From IMG/VR virus record IMGVR_UViG_3300044512_001202, positions 1-30,207 of that record: 30,207 bases of DNA; one strand, 5' to 3'. Source of the stretch: a virus (taxonomy: Duplodnaviria; Caudoviricetes). The notes under the pieces were generated by a model. It saw nothing but the letters and a program-made list of their open reading frames with translations. It was not told where the DNA came from and did no database searches. Below, piece by piece: positions 8,767 through 16,731 of the stretch (position 1 is its first letter; each line of letters begins with the position of its first letter). A program made the translations under genes and the position numbers.

Positions 8767-9000
8767 TTAGCTTCTCCTTGATTTAGAACCTGAGCACTTC
8801 CAGCGCTTTCTGGATAGCCTGAGAGGGCTGTTTGGGTTACGTGCTGCCCTTGGGTGCGAACGCATCTGGCCTGCACTTCTGGCGCAGTAGGAGTCGCCCT
8901 TCTTGGTGCCTGGCTTTACCTTTGCGCCCTTCTGGCCGTAGCTAACCCTTCGACCACCGCTGGTCCGTTTGACTCTGGCTTTCCCTGCTGCTGGTCTCAT
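8767..9000 (-). CDS. Very basic small protein (resembles the DUF6321-type SYCARS...KRWKC family)
   Basis: 77 aa; ATGA overlap with the portal stop; PGTKKGDSYCARS and NPNSPLRLSRKRWKC motifs. Confidence 0.75.
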   Translation of the reverse strand: MRPAAGKARVKRTSGGRRVSYGQKGAKVKPGTKKGDSYCARSAGQMRSHPRAARNPNSPLRLSRKRWKCSGSKSRRS

Positions 9001-10973
9001 TGAATTGGCATCCCTACTGTTTGACGTAACCGCATCGCTGCAATCCGTTGCGCTTCTAAATCCTGCTGTGCCTGGGCAAGTTCTAACTGCTCAACCTGTG
9101 CCTTCACCATGTTCAGCATGGTCTTGCTCTCACGTTCCTTGGCCATTGCTTGCTCGTTGGCTACCTCTGCCTGCTTCATGGCGAGTTCCATCTGCATAGC
9201 CTGGGCCTTCATCTGCTGCTCTTGCTGCTGCGCTTGAGAGATCTTCTGCTGCTCTTCTTCGTTGGGCTCTATCACGCCCTGCTTGATGCCTGCTTTGCGT
9301 ACACGCTCAACCAGTTCATCAGCACCAACAAGGTCAAGCGACTTGAAGTAGATGTCTGCACCAAGCTGCGCCATTTGTGGGTTCTGACCAAACAAGGTGC
9401 CGAGCTGCTCTGCTGTCTCAGATCTGCGGGTTGAGAAGCTTGGTCCAGTTGTTACCTTGATATCGTAGTGGCCTCGGTTGAGGTCGTTGATCATGACCGT
9501 CTCGCCGGTCTGTAAGTCGAGCTGAGGCTTGTTGATAACCTTGATCTCTTCGGCATCGTCCTCGCCCAGAATCCTGATCTGACGCTCTGTGTCGTAGATC
9601 TTGGGGATCATGTCGATAAAGATCTCGCCGGTGTACTTGATGGACTCAACCAGTTCATCGACAAACTCATAGGTGGCAATGTTGCCTTGCAGTTGTCGCT
9701 CCCTGATTGCTCGTCCAGAGGTTTCATTGCCTCTTGCCCCCAGGCTTGCGTCAAAGATCCCTGTGGTGCTCTTGATGTCGTCCGAGCTGATCTGTACGTC
9801 AGTCAGCAAAGCGCCTGATGGTTGTGCTGGCGGCTCTCTGAATGGCTTCTGTCCCTGGTCGAAGTTAAACAACAAAACAGGATCGTTGGAGGTCATCAGG
9901 TTGCGGTATCGGTCTTCATGACCCTTGATCATTGCCGGTGTAGCCATGAGCGGTTGCTTGGGTTGCAGCGCCGTCACCTCAATGGCGGTTGATCGAGAGT
10001 AGTTGTACATTCTCTGTGCGTCTTTGGCTTTGCGAACCAACCCGCGAGTCAAGAACTTGCCGTTGATGTTGGTGGTCTTGCCAAGCAGAGGTACGAGCGG
10101 GATATAACGCCCAACGCACTCATACTCTTCGAGCACCTCCAAGCCGGTGATCTTGAACCGCTCAAGCTTGCGACCCTCGACGATGCGCTCGTTTGTGATC
10201 GTCACGCCCTTGAAATTTAGCTCGTCAATGATTGGCTCGATGTCTGCGTAATCAACCACCTCACCCGTTGATAGCTGCACCAATCGGCGCTCTTCCATCA
10301 CGATGCGGAAATAATCTGCGACTCGGATCGTGTCCTCGTTAATCCAGGTCTTCATGTTGCCAGTGCTGTAGAAGTCATCACCCACGCCAGTCTTGGCCTT
10401 CGGATACATGCGCTCAAACTCATCCTTTTCGATGTCGTCGAACATGAACGCATACCGACACTCTTTCATGTCTTGTATCTGAATGATGGGATCAAACAAC
10501 ACGCTAAACGGGTTCTTGATCTCCCGCAGGATGATGTCTTGGTTCATGCTGATATCGTCTTGATAATCGTGGTCGATCATCCAAACGCCCCAGCCACCCT
10601 TTACACTGAACTTGAATGCAGTCTTGTAAGCCTTGTTGCCTCTCTGCTCGATCTGCCTGATCAGTCCCTCGTAGATCTCCGCAACGTCGTTGTCGCCTTC
10701 TTCTGCGCCACGTACCTTCACACCAGGTAGCATCTGCAACTGCTGGCCAACGACCTGATCAACGGCGCTGGATAGCTTGTCAAACGTCAGGCATGGGCGA
10801 TTAATACGCGCCTGGCGCACTGCGTCTTCCCACTGACCGTCCTCGCTATCAACAAACTCTATATCTTCTAGCGAGTCGTTGTAGCAGTAAGACCAAGAGT
10901 CAGATGCCGTGTCGAAGCGATCCATAGCCTCGTCGATAATGGCCTGCTTTTTCTTTGCTGATCTGTTTACCAT
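8997..10973 (-). CDS. Portal protein, P22 gp1 family
   Basis: 658 aa; GQW, RPCLTFDKL, KDAQRMYNY, NETSGRAI..RQ.QG and GHYDIKVTTGPSFSTRR motifs; Gln-rich C-terminal coiled coil. Confidence 0.93.
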   Translation of the reverse strand: MVNRSAKKKQAIIDEAMDRFDTASDSWSYCYNDSLEDIEFVDSEDGQWEDAVRQARINRPCLTFDKLSSAVDQVVGQQLQMLPGVKVRGAEEGDNDVAEIYEGLIRQIEQRGNKAYKTAFKFSVKGGWGVWMIDHDYQDDISMNQDIILREIKNPFSVLFDPIIQIQDMKECRYAFMFDDIEKDEFERMYPKAKTGVGDDFYSTGNMKTWINEDTIRVADYFRIVMEERRLVQLSTGEVVDYADIEPIIDELNFKGVTITNERIVEGRKLERFKITGLEVLEEYECVGRYIPLVPLLGKTTNINGKFLTRGLVRKAKDAQRMYNYSRSTAIEVTALQPKQPLMATPAMIKGHEDRYRNLMTSNDPVLLFNFDQGQKPFREPPAQPSGALLTDVQISSDDIKSTTGIFDASLGARGNETSGRAIRERQLQGNIATYEFVDELVESIKYTGEIFIDMIPKIYDTERQIRILGEDDAEEIKVINKPQLDLQTGETVMINDLNRGHYDIKVTTGPSFSTRRSETAEQLGTLFGQNPQMAQLGADIYFKSLDLVGADELVERVRKAGIKQGVIEPNEEEQQKISQAQQQEQQMKAQAMQMELAMKQAEVANEQAMAKERESKTMLNMVKAQVEQLELAQAQQDLEAQRIAAMRLRQTVGMPIQ

Positions 10974-12256
10974 TCTGATGAAAAGTCCAATTCAACCTCC
11001 GCAACTTCTTCCTCGTAACCTTGCGCGAACATGCGAAAAGCATCAGCGCCGTTAGAGGCCCAGTTGTGGAGTGGGTTTTGTCTGAAGGTGTCGTAACGCT
11101 CGTCCCAGACATATTGATAGTTTGCCAAGGCATTCAGCCCTGTCTCGCATCGCTCTGCGTCAAAGAAGCACTTGCTAAACATGTCCCTGACCATCGCAAT
11201 GCCGTTCTCTACACTGTCGATTCGTGGCACTGTGTGAGTCGGAGATACACCAAGCCCTTCTAGTATCTCTCGCCTTGATCGGTTGCCTGCACCTAACACG
11301 CGGTGCTCTGCGTCATGCGGCAGGTAGTGTGTGCCGTACATGTAGTCTTTATCACGCAGCACGTTGGCGTAGTGATCCAGGTCAACCAGTCGGTGCTCGT
11401 AGTAGTCAATGAACCTGTAAGCCATCCCGATCTGCTGCATGAACCAAATCGCAGTAGTGTCGTTCCTGCCCAAGTCCCAGAAGGTGTGAACGGGTGCAGA
11501 TTCAACTGGCAACCAGGTTATCCGCTCGTCATCCCTGGCCTTCTTCAGTTGCTTGGCGTAGATAGCGCCATCAGCAAACTGCTTCAGCTCACCCTCATAA
11601 ACGTGCAGATACTCTTCGTAATCGTAGTCCTTGAGCCGCTGCATCTCGTCTTTGAGTGGCTGAGTGACCCAAGGGTTATCACGCCAGCTAACCTTCTTGA
11701 CCACCGCATCATCCGCAGGTTTATTCATCACAAACCTCTGGTAAACGGGATCGCTCTTCAGTGCAGGATTGAAGCTTGCCCATATCTCAGACCCCTCTTT
11801 CCGAATCGTTGGAATCAGCAGCCGCCATGAGTTCTCACTCACCGTCGATGCTTCCTCGATCCAGCAGATGTCTATGCTCTCAAGCGACTTCAAGCTCTCA
11901 GGGTTTGCGTACAGTCCCGAGAAAATAATCTGGGTGCCGTTGATGCCCCTGATCTCGTTCTGCTGTATCTGGTAGAAGTTCGAAAGGCCAAGCGCCTTAA
12001 TGCGATCAGCCAACAGGTTGTGAACAGAGTCCCTGATGCTTCTCTGGATCTCTCTGGCGCAAAGTATGCGTTTAGGCTTGGTACCAGCACCAATAAGCAA
12101 TAACGCCGTAGCAAAGGCCCAACTCTTACCAGAACCGCGACCGCCCCAGTAAATCTTGTATCTGTGCGGCTCGACCAGCTCCTTAAAGGCTTTGGGCAGG
12201 CTTACGCTATTCCCAGTTGATTTCGTAGGCTGCGATTGCAATTGGGGCATCTTCAT
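10967..12256 (-). CDS. terL: Terminase large subunit, PBSX/Terminase_3-like (start uncertain: 12250, 12256 or 12271)
   Basis: Walker A GGRGSGKS, AREIQRSIRDSV, Walker B WIEEA, SFNP, nuclease WDLG..D and ASNGADAFR. Confidence 0.93.
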   Translation of the reverse strand: MKMPQLQSQPTKSTGNSVSLPKAFKELVEPHRYKIYWGGRGSGKSWAFATALLLIGAGTKPKRILCAREIQRSIRDSVHNLLADRIKALGLSNFYQIQQNEIRGINGTQIIFSGLYANPESLKSLESIDICWIEEASTVSENSWRLLIPTIRKEGSEIWASFNPALKSDPVYQRFVMNKPADDAVVKKVSWRDNPWVTQPLKDEMQRLKDYDYEEYLHVYEGELKQFADGAIYAKQLKKARDDERITWLPVESAPVHTFWDLGRNDTTAIWFMQQIGMAYRFIDYYEHRLVDLDHYANVLRDKDYMYGTHYLPHDAEHRVLGAGNRSRREILEGLGVSPTHTVPRIDSVENGIAMVRDMFSKCFFDAERCETGLNALANYQYVWDERYDTFRQNPLHNWASNGADAFRMFAQGYEEEVAEVELDFSSEW

Positions 12257-12488
12257 CGCCTGTGTGTTCAACAGACTTCAGGTCTGGCAGATACTTAGAG
12301 ATAAGCTTCAACTTGGTATCGAGTACAACCTTGTAGCGAGCCAAGTCTTGCTGGTCTAAATCTTTCCGCAGATCCTTGATTTCATCCAGAATATCAACGA
12401 CATGCTGAACATGGCCCTGGGCACTTAACTGCTCTCTGAGTGCTTCTTTGCGAACCGATCTATTCTTGTTCGCTGCTGTCGTTCCCAT
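12207..12488 (-). CDS. terS: Putative terminase small subunit
   Basis: 93 aa helical protein directly upstream of terL; KYLPDLKSVEHTG C-terminal motif; GGAAG RBS. Confidence 0.7.
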   Translation of the reverse strand: MGTTAANKNRSVRKEALREQLSAQGHVQHVVDILDEIKDLRKDLDQQDLARYKVVLDTKLKLISKYLPDLKSVEHTGDEDAPIAIAAYEINWE

Positions 12489-12696
12489 CTTCTTCTACTT
12501 CTTCAAATTCAGGGCTGAGTTCAGCGACCTTAGCCATAGCAGCCGCCAAGCGACCGGCGAGGATGACGTTCTCGTTCTGGGCAGCATTGCGTTGCTCTGC
12601 CAAGAAATTCAGCCTGCCATTAATTTCATCAAGGTTTATTTGGTTCTCCACCGTTTTCTCCTCAGTTGGTTGATCGATACTCGGGATTGTTTGCAA
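12460..12696 (-). CDS. Hypothetical coiled-coil protein
   Basis: 78 aa; tiles the operon with short overlaps on both sides. Confidence 0.6.
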   Translation of the reverse strand: MQTIPSIDQPTEEKTVENQINLDEINGRLNFLAEQRNAAQNENVILAGRLAAAMAKVAELSPEFEEVEEDGNDSSEQE

Positions 12697-12997
12697 TCAC
12701 CGTCATGTATTGGGTTTCTTGTTTGCCGTCTGCATAGGTCGCAGTGACCTTGACTACGCCTTGACCGCTCGATGTTGAGCTGACGTAGAAAGTCGCCACG
12801 CCACTAGAGACGCTAGGGGTTGTGATAGTTAAGGCCCGTGAGCCTTTTGATTCTGCACTGACTGAGGACACAGAGGTGCCACGATCATCAGCGCTGACGC
12901 TAAAATCAACGACGTATGGGATGTCGCTGTCGATCGCCTGCGTAAATGTCATGGGTGTAAAGTCGCGCCGCCTGGGGTTGACCAGTATCCGTCTCAT
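12662..12997 (-). CDS. Ig-like all-beta protein, possible virion accessory / fibre adaptor
   Basis: 111 aa, Ser/Thr/Val-rich with alternating beta pattern (YVVDFS, ATFYVS, VKVTATY). Confidence 0.55.
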   Translation of the reverse strand: MRRILVNPRRRDFTPMTFTQAIDSDIPYVVDFSVSADDRGTSVSSVSAESKGSRALTITTPSVSSGVATFYVSSTSSGQGVVKVTATYADGKQETQYMTVIANNPEYRSTN

Positions 12998-13019
12998 AAA
13001 TATGTCTCAGTTTGTTGAT

Positions 13020-13079
13020 AAAACCCCCGTTGTAGGGGGAAAGAGCCGCGAGGAGTGGGTGGAGGGATTGCAGCTCTTT
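13020..13079 (-). promoter_or_regulatory. Two adjacent hairpins after the holin gene (10-bp stem with C-rich loop; weak terminator)
   Basis: AAAGAGCTGC-[20 nt]-GCGGCTCTTT, then CCCCC-TACAAC-GGGGG-TTTT. Confidence 0.55.
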
Positions 13080-13080
13080 T

Positions 13081-13395
13081 TTAACTTTTCTTGTAAGCAA
13101 ATAGCTTATCGATGCCAAAAACAGCGAAAGTGATGCTCACAAAGCCGCCAACGTACCAATCTGGTAGGTTTGACAGATATTCAAAGCCCTCTCTTGCGTA
13201 GTTTTGCAAGCCAGGCACGAAGCAAGCCACGAATGGCGCTGCCCATATAAAGATCAAAAACTCGTCGCTGTAACCTGGTATACCATTGGTCAGGCGCTGC
13301 ACCTTCAGGTCGGCCTTCGCTGCCGACACCTTCTGCCTGTTCTCCATAAAGCCGGTAACCAAAGGCCCAGCTATTTTTAAAACGGTGCCTAACAT
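13081..13395 (-). CDS. Putative holin
   Basis: Hydrophobic segments FLIFIWAAPFVACFV and WYVGGFVSITFAVFGI, basic C-terminus, TGATG-coupled to the endolysin. Confidence 0.7.
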   Translation of the reverse strand: MLGTVLKIAGPLVTGFMENRQKVSAAKADLKVQRLTNGIPGYSDEFLIFIWAAPFVACFVPGLQNYAREGFEYLSNLPDWYVGGFVSITFAVFGIDKLFAYKKS

Positions 13396-13760
13396 CAATA
13401 GGTCCAGAGAAGCGATTTACGGTCGGGGTCAACATCAACGTGTACAAATCGGCCCGAGCCTTTTTGGTGTACGCCCACGCCGCCAACGTCCATTCGCAAA
13501 GCAACCGAAAGAACTTCCTTAGCCTGGCGGTGAGATACAGCAAGATCTGCCGCAACACCCCGACAGTGCGTCCCCGTTCCAGGCTTAGACTTCGCCGCCT
13601 CGACAGGGTGCTTACTGCACCGATAGCCGCTCGAAACGACAAGAGGATAGCCAACCTCTGTGCGTATCGCTTGAATGACATCAATGATTTCGTCACTGAT
13701 CTCGTTCTCGCCGCAGTGTTGGCAAGCAAATTCATCACGTTTGAAGTTTATCCAGGGCAT
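13395..13760 (-). CDS. Endolysin, peptidase M15A family
   Basis: SSGYRC..H, THCRGVAAD (HxxxxxxD) and FVHVD zinc-ligand motifs. Confidence 0.88.
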   Translation of the reverse strand: MPWINFKRDEFACQHCGENEISDEIIDVIQAIRTEVGYPLVVSSGYRCSKHPVEAAKSKPGTGTHCRGVAADLAVSHRQAKEVLSVALRMDVGGVGVHQKGSGRFVHVDVDPDRKSLLWTY

Positions 13761-13782
13761 AAAAAAACCGCCAAGAGGCGGT
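13761..13782 (-). terminator. Intrinsic terminator abutting the endolysin start (tR'-like)
   Basis: ACCGCC-TCTT-GGCGGT followed by a T run that ends directly at ATG 13760. Confidence 0.75.
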
Positions 13783-13803
13783 CCTAAAGGGTCAGGTGTT
13801 GCA

Positions 13804-13842
13804 ATTATGGATACTTATACCCCTGTTTGGGCGACCGCACAA
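13804..13842 (-). promoter_or_regulatory. Candidate late promoter (pR'-like)
   Basis: TTGTGC-N17-TATAAG followed by a second -10-like CATAAT; lies downstream of the Q-like gene and upstream of a terminator. Confidence 0.45.
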
Positions 13843-13960
13843 GACTTTTTTAACGTATATAGAACGTATATAAAAACTTTTGTTATATATTTTTGCTCAA
13901 TGAATTCATGGGTTTAGAGAATGGTTCGACTCCCATGCGTCCTCCGTACCCTCTCTCATT

Positions 13961-14039
13961 TTACCCCCCCTACCCTATCGCGTACTAAGCGGATATGAGC
14001 ACGAACACAGATTACCCCCCACACCTAATCGCGTATTAA
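13961..14039. repeat. 28-bp imperfect direct repeat pair
   Basis: 13961-13988 TTACCCCCCCTACCCTATCGCGTACTAA and 14012-14039 TTACCCCCCACACCTAATCGCGTATTAA; 23 of 28 positions identical. Confidence 0.75.
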
Positions 14040-14047
14040 CTTACGAT

Positions 14048-14491
14048 CTAATACCCTCGTTCTTCCAACATGAGAACCACCATATCGAACCCTGCTGCCT
14101 TGGCTTGCTTGGCCTTTGTTTCTGACCAATGCAGCTCCCTGGCAACAGCTTTGACAGTACCTCTCAAGTAATACTCTTTAAGTGCGTAGAAGTAATCAGG
14201 GTTGACCTTCTTAATCGCAAACATGATTTCGTCCATCGCCGTTGATCGATACACAGGGATGCGAGCATGAGGTTGCGGTCGGGTTTCTTTAGCGTTTACC
14301 TTTTGCTTTAACGGGTTTGGCTTGCCTGCAACTGACAGCGCAAAGTTGCCATCCATAATGTTGACCGCAGCAAAGTCGCCGGTTTTATCCAGCGCATACT
14401 CTCTCGCCCACCGTTCGAGTAGCTCATCGGCCTTCTTTCGCAACTCTTCAGTCACACTCAGCCCTATCAATCTGACATTGCAATCGCTCAT
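14048..14491 (-). CDS. Putative late-gene regulator (Q-like antiterminator)
   Basis: Last early gene before the late control region; ADELLERWA N-terminal helix and C-terminal sigma4-like HTH (LKEYYLRGTVKAVARELHWS). Confidence 0.6.
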   Translation of the reverse strand: MSDCNVRLIGLSVTEELRKKADELLERWAREYALDKTGDFAAVNIMDGNFALSVAGKPNPLKQKVNAKETRPQPHARIPVYRSTAMDEIMFAIKKVNPDYFYALKEYYLRGTVKAVARELHWSETKAKQAKAAGFDMVVLMLEERGY

Positions 14492-14732
14492 CTTCCGTCT
14501 CCACCTCCATGCTTTTAACTTCTCGTTCGATCAGCATCTCCAAGTAGTGAGCCGCCTTTCGCAAGTCTTCGATGTTTGGCAGTGGCGATGATCCCGTCTT
14601 TCGGCGGTATCGTGTGACGTACTTAACGACGCACCCCTCAGCAAAACCTAAGTCATTGGCCAAAATAAACTCTGCTGGTTGTATGGCCATCTGGTAGTGA
14701 TCACCGCCCACTTGTCTAGCTAGTGCTTTCAT
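14448..14732 (-). CDS. DUF3310-family protein
   Basis: QVGGDHY, F.EG.VVKYVTR and EDLRKAAHYLEML motifs. Confidence 0.85.
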   Translation of the reverse strand: MKALARQVGGDHYQMAIQPAEFILANDLGFAEGCVVKYVTRYRRKTGSSPLPNIEDLRKAAHYLEMLIEREVKSMEVETEDERLQCQIDRAECD

Positions 14733-15900
14733 TGAGTCTCTCCGCAGTTACTTTAAGTCTTGTCTCTTCTCCAAAATCTTTATGCAATACAATGCAGGTC
14801 ATCGTTCTCTCAGAAACAAACCCGCTACCATTCGCAAAAACATCGCTAGGCGGCAACACCCCGAAATGCTCGATGTGCATATGCCCGACCTCTTTAGCAT
14901 CTCGATGATGGATGTGGCCCAGGTATGCGTAAACGTGATCAGATTCGCCAAATTCTTTTCTAAGGTTTTTAGTGATTGCCTCATACAATCGGTTGGCGTT
15001 TATCTTGTCGCCGTGATGCGTGACAACCAGATTTTTGCCAAACTGAAACCAGACAAACTTATTGAAGTTATCAAGCACCTCAACCCTGGGGTCGTTCTCA
15101 AAGTACATTTGTATGGCAGTGTTCAAGAACAGGCTTGCGTCTGGGTCGTGATTGCCTCGGGCGTTTACGACCATGACCTTCTTGTGCTTTTCGAGCATCC
15201 GCAGCACAACTCGTTTGATCAGGTGCGATCCTGCCCTGATTGTTCTGCCCCACCTTCCATCACTATCAAGCAAGTGCTTGCTGGCTGGTGTACTGCTCGT
15301 TGTATCTTGGATATGGAAAAAATCACCCAGGTTAATTAAGCAACCCGTTTCGCTGTTTGGACTGACTGAAACAAGACGATCAACAGCATCGGCAAGCATC
15401 TGTTCGCCCTTTTTGGTATCCCAATCGTGACCAACCTCTTCTGCCCAGGTGTACAGGCCAAGGTGATGATCACCCACCATGTACAAAGACATCAGGTCTG
15501 AGTCAATGTCTTTGGGTGCAGCGACAGGAACGTGTATGCCTTGCAGCTCGTCTTTAAACCCAGCCACGAACTCAGTCATCATCTCGTCTATCTTCTGCTT
15601 CATAGGCTCTTGTATGTGCCATTGAAGCGCGATCGAGCCATCTTCTTTGTATGCTGTGCTTAATCGTTTTGTCGCAAAACCTGGCGCTGCCTGGTGCCGC
15701 ATGTCAAACGATGGCGCATAGCCTTGTTCGGCTGCTTTCTTGTGAACCCGACCAATGGTCTCGCTTATGCGGCGCGGGTGTCTGCCAAGCTGGCGGCTGA
15801 TTTCAACCTGCGACAAACCTTCGATGTGCAGTTGCAACACCTCTCTCTGATGGTCGGTTGTGCAAAACTCTAGGTGTTGTTCGAGTGATTTAACTGGCAT
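14716..15900 (-). CDS. Calcineurin-like metallophosphoesterase with N-terminal HTH (likely start ATG 15900)
   Basis: GDHH, GDFF, GNHD, HHGD and GHIHH motifs in order; N-terminal GLSQVEISRQLG HTH. Confidence 0.82.
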   Translation of the reverse strand: MPVKSLEQHLEFCTTDHQREVLQLHIEGLSQVEISRQLGRHPRRISETIGRVHKKAAEQGYAPSFDMRHQAAPGFATKRLSTAYKEDGSIALQWHIQEPMKQKIDEMMTEFVAGFKDELQGIHVPVAAPKDIDSDLMSLYMVGDHHLGLYTWAEEVGHDWDTKKGEQMLADAVDRLVSVSPNSETGCLINLGDFFHIQDTTSSTPASKHLLDSDGRWGRTIRAGSHLIKRVVLRMLEKHKKVMVVNARGNHDPDASLFLNTAIQMYFENDPRVEVLDNFNKFVWFQFGKNLVVTHHGDKINANRLYEAITKNLRKEFGESDHVYAYLGHIHHRDAKEVGHMHIEHFGVLPPSDVFANGSGFVSERTMTCIVLHKDFGEETRLKVTAERLNESTS

Positions 15901-16138
15901 CAGGGTCTGCCTCTGCCATGACGAGACGTATAGCCTCACCCAGCAAACTTCCTGCAACTGCTGGCAGGCTATCTAGCTCGCCTGCTGCATGAGTTTGGAT
16001 TTCGTAGGAATCTCCCTCAACCGCTTCAAACACGATGACGAAGCCGCTGATCTTGTTTTGCTCTGCCGCTTGCAACAAAGTCTTTAGAGCCTCACAGGTG
16101 TCTCTAGCCCATTTCTGGTGTGGTGTGATATCGCCCAT
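15890..16138 (-). CDS. Hypothetical protein
   Basis: 82 aa; AGGAG RBS; tiles the operon. Confidence 0.7.
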   Translation of the reverse strand: MGDITPHQKWARDTCEALKTLLQAAEQNKISGFVIVFEAVEGDSYEIQTHAAGELDSLPAVAGSLLGEAIRLVMAEADPDAS

Positions 16139-16445
16139 TCAAAAGCTCCTTTATCACCTTTATGGCCCTCCCCTTGCGAACGTCATCGCTCGTAAAGTAC
16201 AGGGGCGTATAACCCTCCATCACCACTAACTGCATTTTCTCGCAGTCTTTCTGGTATCCCTGGCCACTTGTGTGACCTCCTCTGCTGCCCTTGAACGTCC
16301 CGCCTTGTATCTCGATGGCTAGTCGTTCGATTACAAAATCCCACCTAAATTTTCTTTGAGGTATCAGGCGAACCTCTCGCTCAAACTTTATCTTGTGACT
16401 CTTCAACTCAAGGTCGAAAAGCTCTTCGACTTCTGATTTACGCAA
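16104..16445 (-). CDS. Vsr/DUF559-like PD-(D/E)xK endonuclease
   Basis: EREV...RKFRWDF, AIEIQGG, GHT.G.GY.KDCEK motifs. Confidence 0.8.
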   Translation of the reverse strand: MRKSEVEELFDLELKSHKIKFEREVRLIPQRKFRWDFVIERLAIEIQGGTFKGSRGGHTSGQGYQKDCEKMQLVVMEGYTPLYFTSDDVRKGRAIKVIKELLNGRYHTTPEMG

Positions 16446-16731
16446 CCTGAATCAACCCCTCGTCAATCATGATTGCCCAGGTTCTTTCCAGACCGCGCAT
16501 CTGACACTTCAATATCTCGTCCTTCTCAATCAGGGTTGGCCGTCTGCCGTCGATGATGTCGTGGCAAATGTTGCAACCATAGGCGGCAAAATAATCTTGC
16601 GACTTCAACGCCATGCCTTTAGCCAAACTGTTCAAATGGCACAGCACAACCGTCTCTCTGTCTTCCTGGCAATAGGGAAAGATCTGCAACGTGCAGGGTT
16701 GACCCCTTGCTGATTTACGCAACTTGCTCAC
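16438..16731 (-). CDS. DUF1364 (YbcO-like) zinc-binding putative nuclease
   Basis: LRKSARGQPC, ETVVLCH, AAYGC..CHDIIDGR motifs. Confidence 0.85.
   Translation of the reverse strand: MSKLRKSARGQPCTLQIFPYCQEDRETVVLCHLNSLAKGMALKSQDYFAAYGCNICHDIIDGRRPTLIEKDEILKCQMRGLERTWAIMIDEGLIQVA

Noticed and set aside
13181-13738. 185-aa minus-strand ORF overlapping endolysin and holin as an embedded spanin
   Set aside because: No signal peptide, lipobox or clear TM segment, and no RBS; likely an off-frame artefact.
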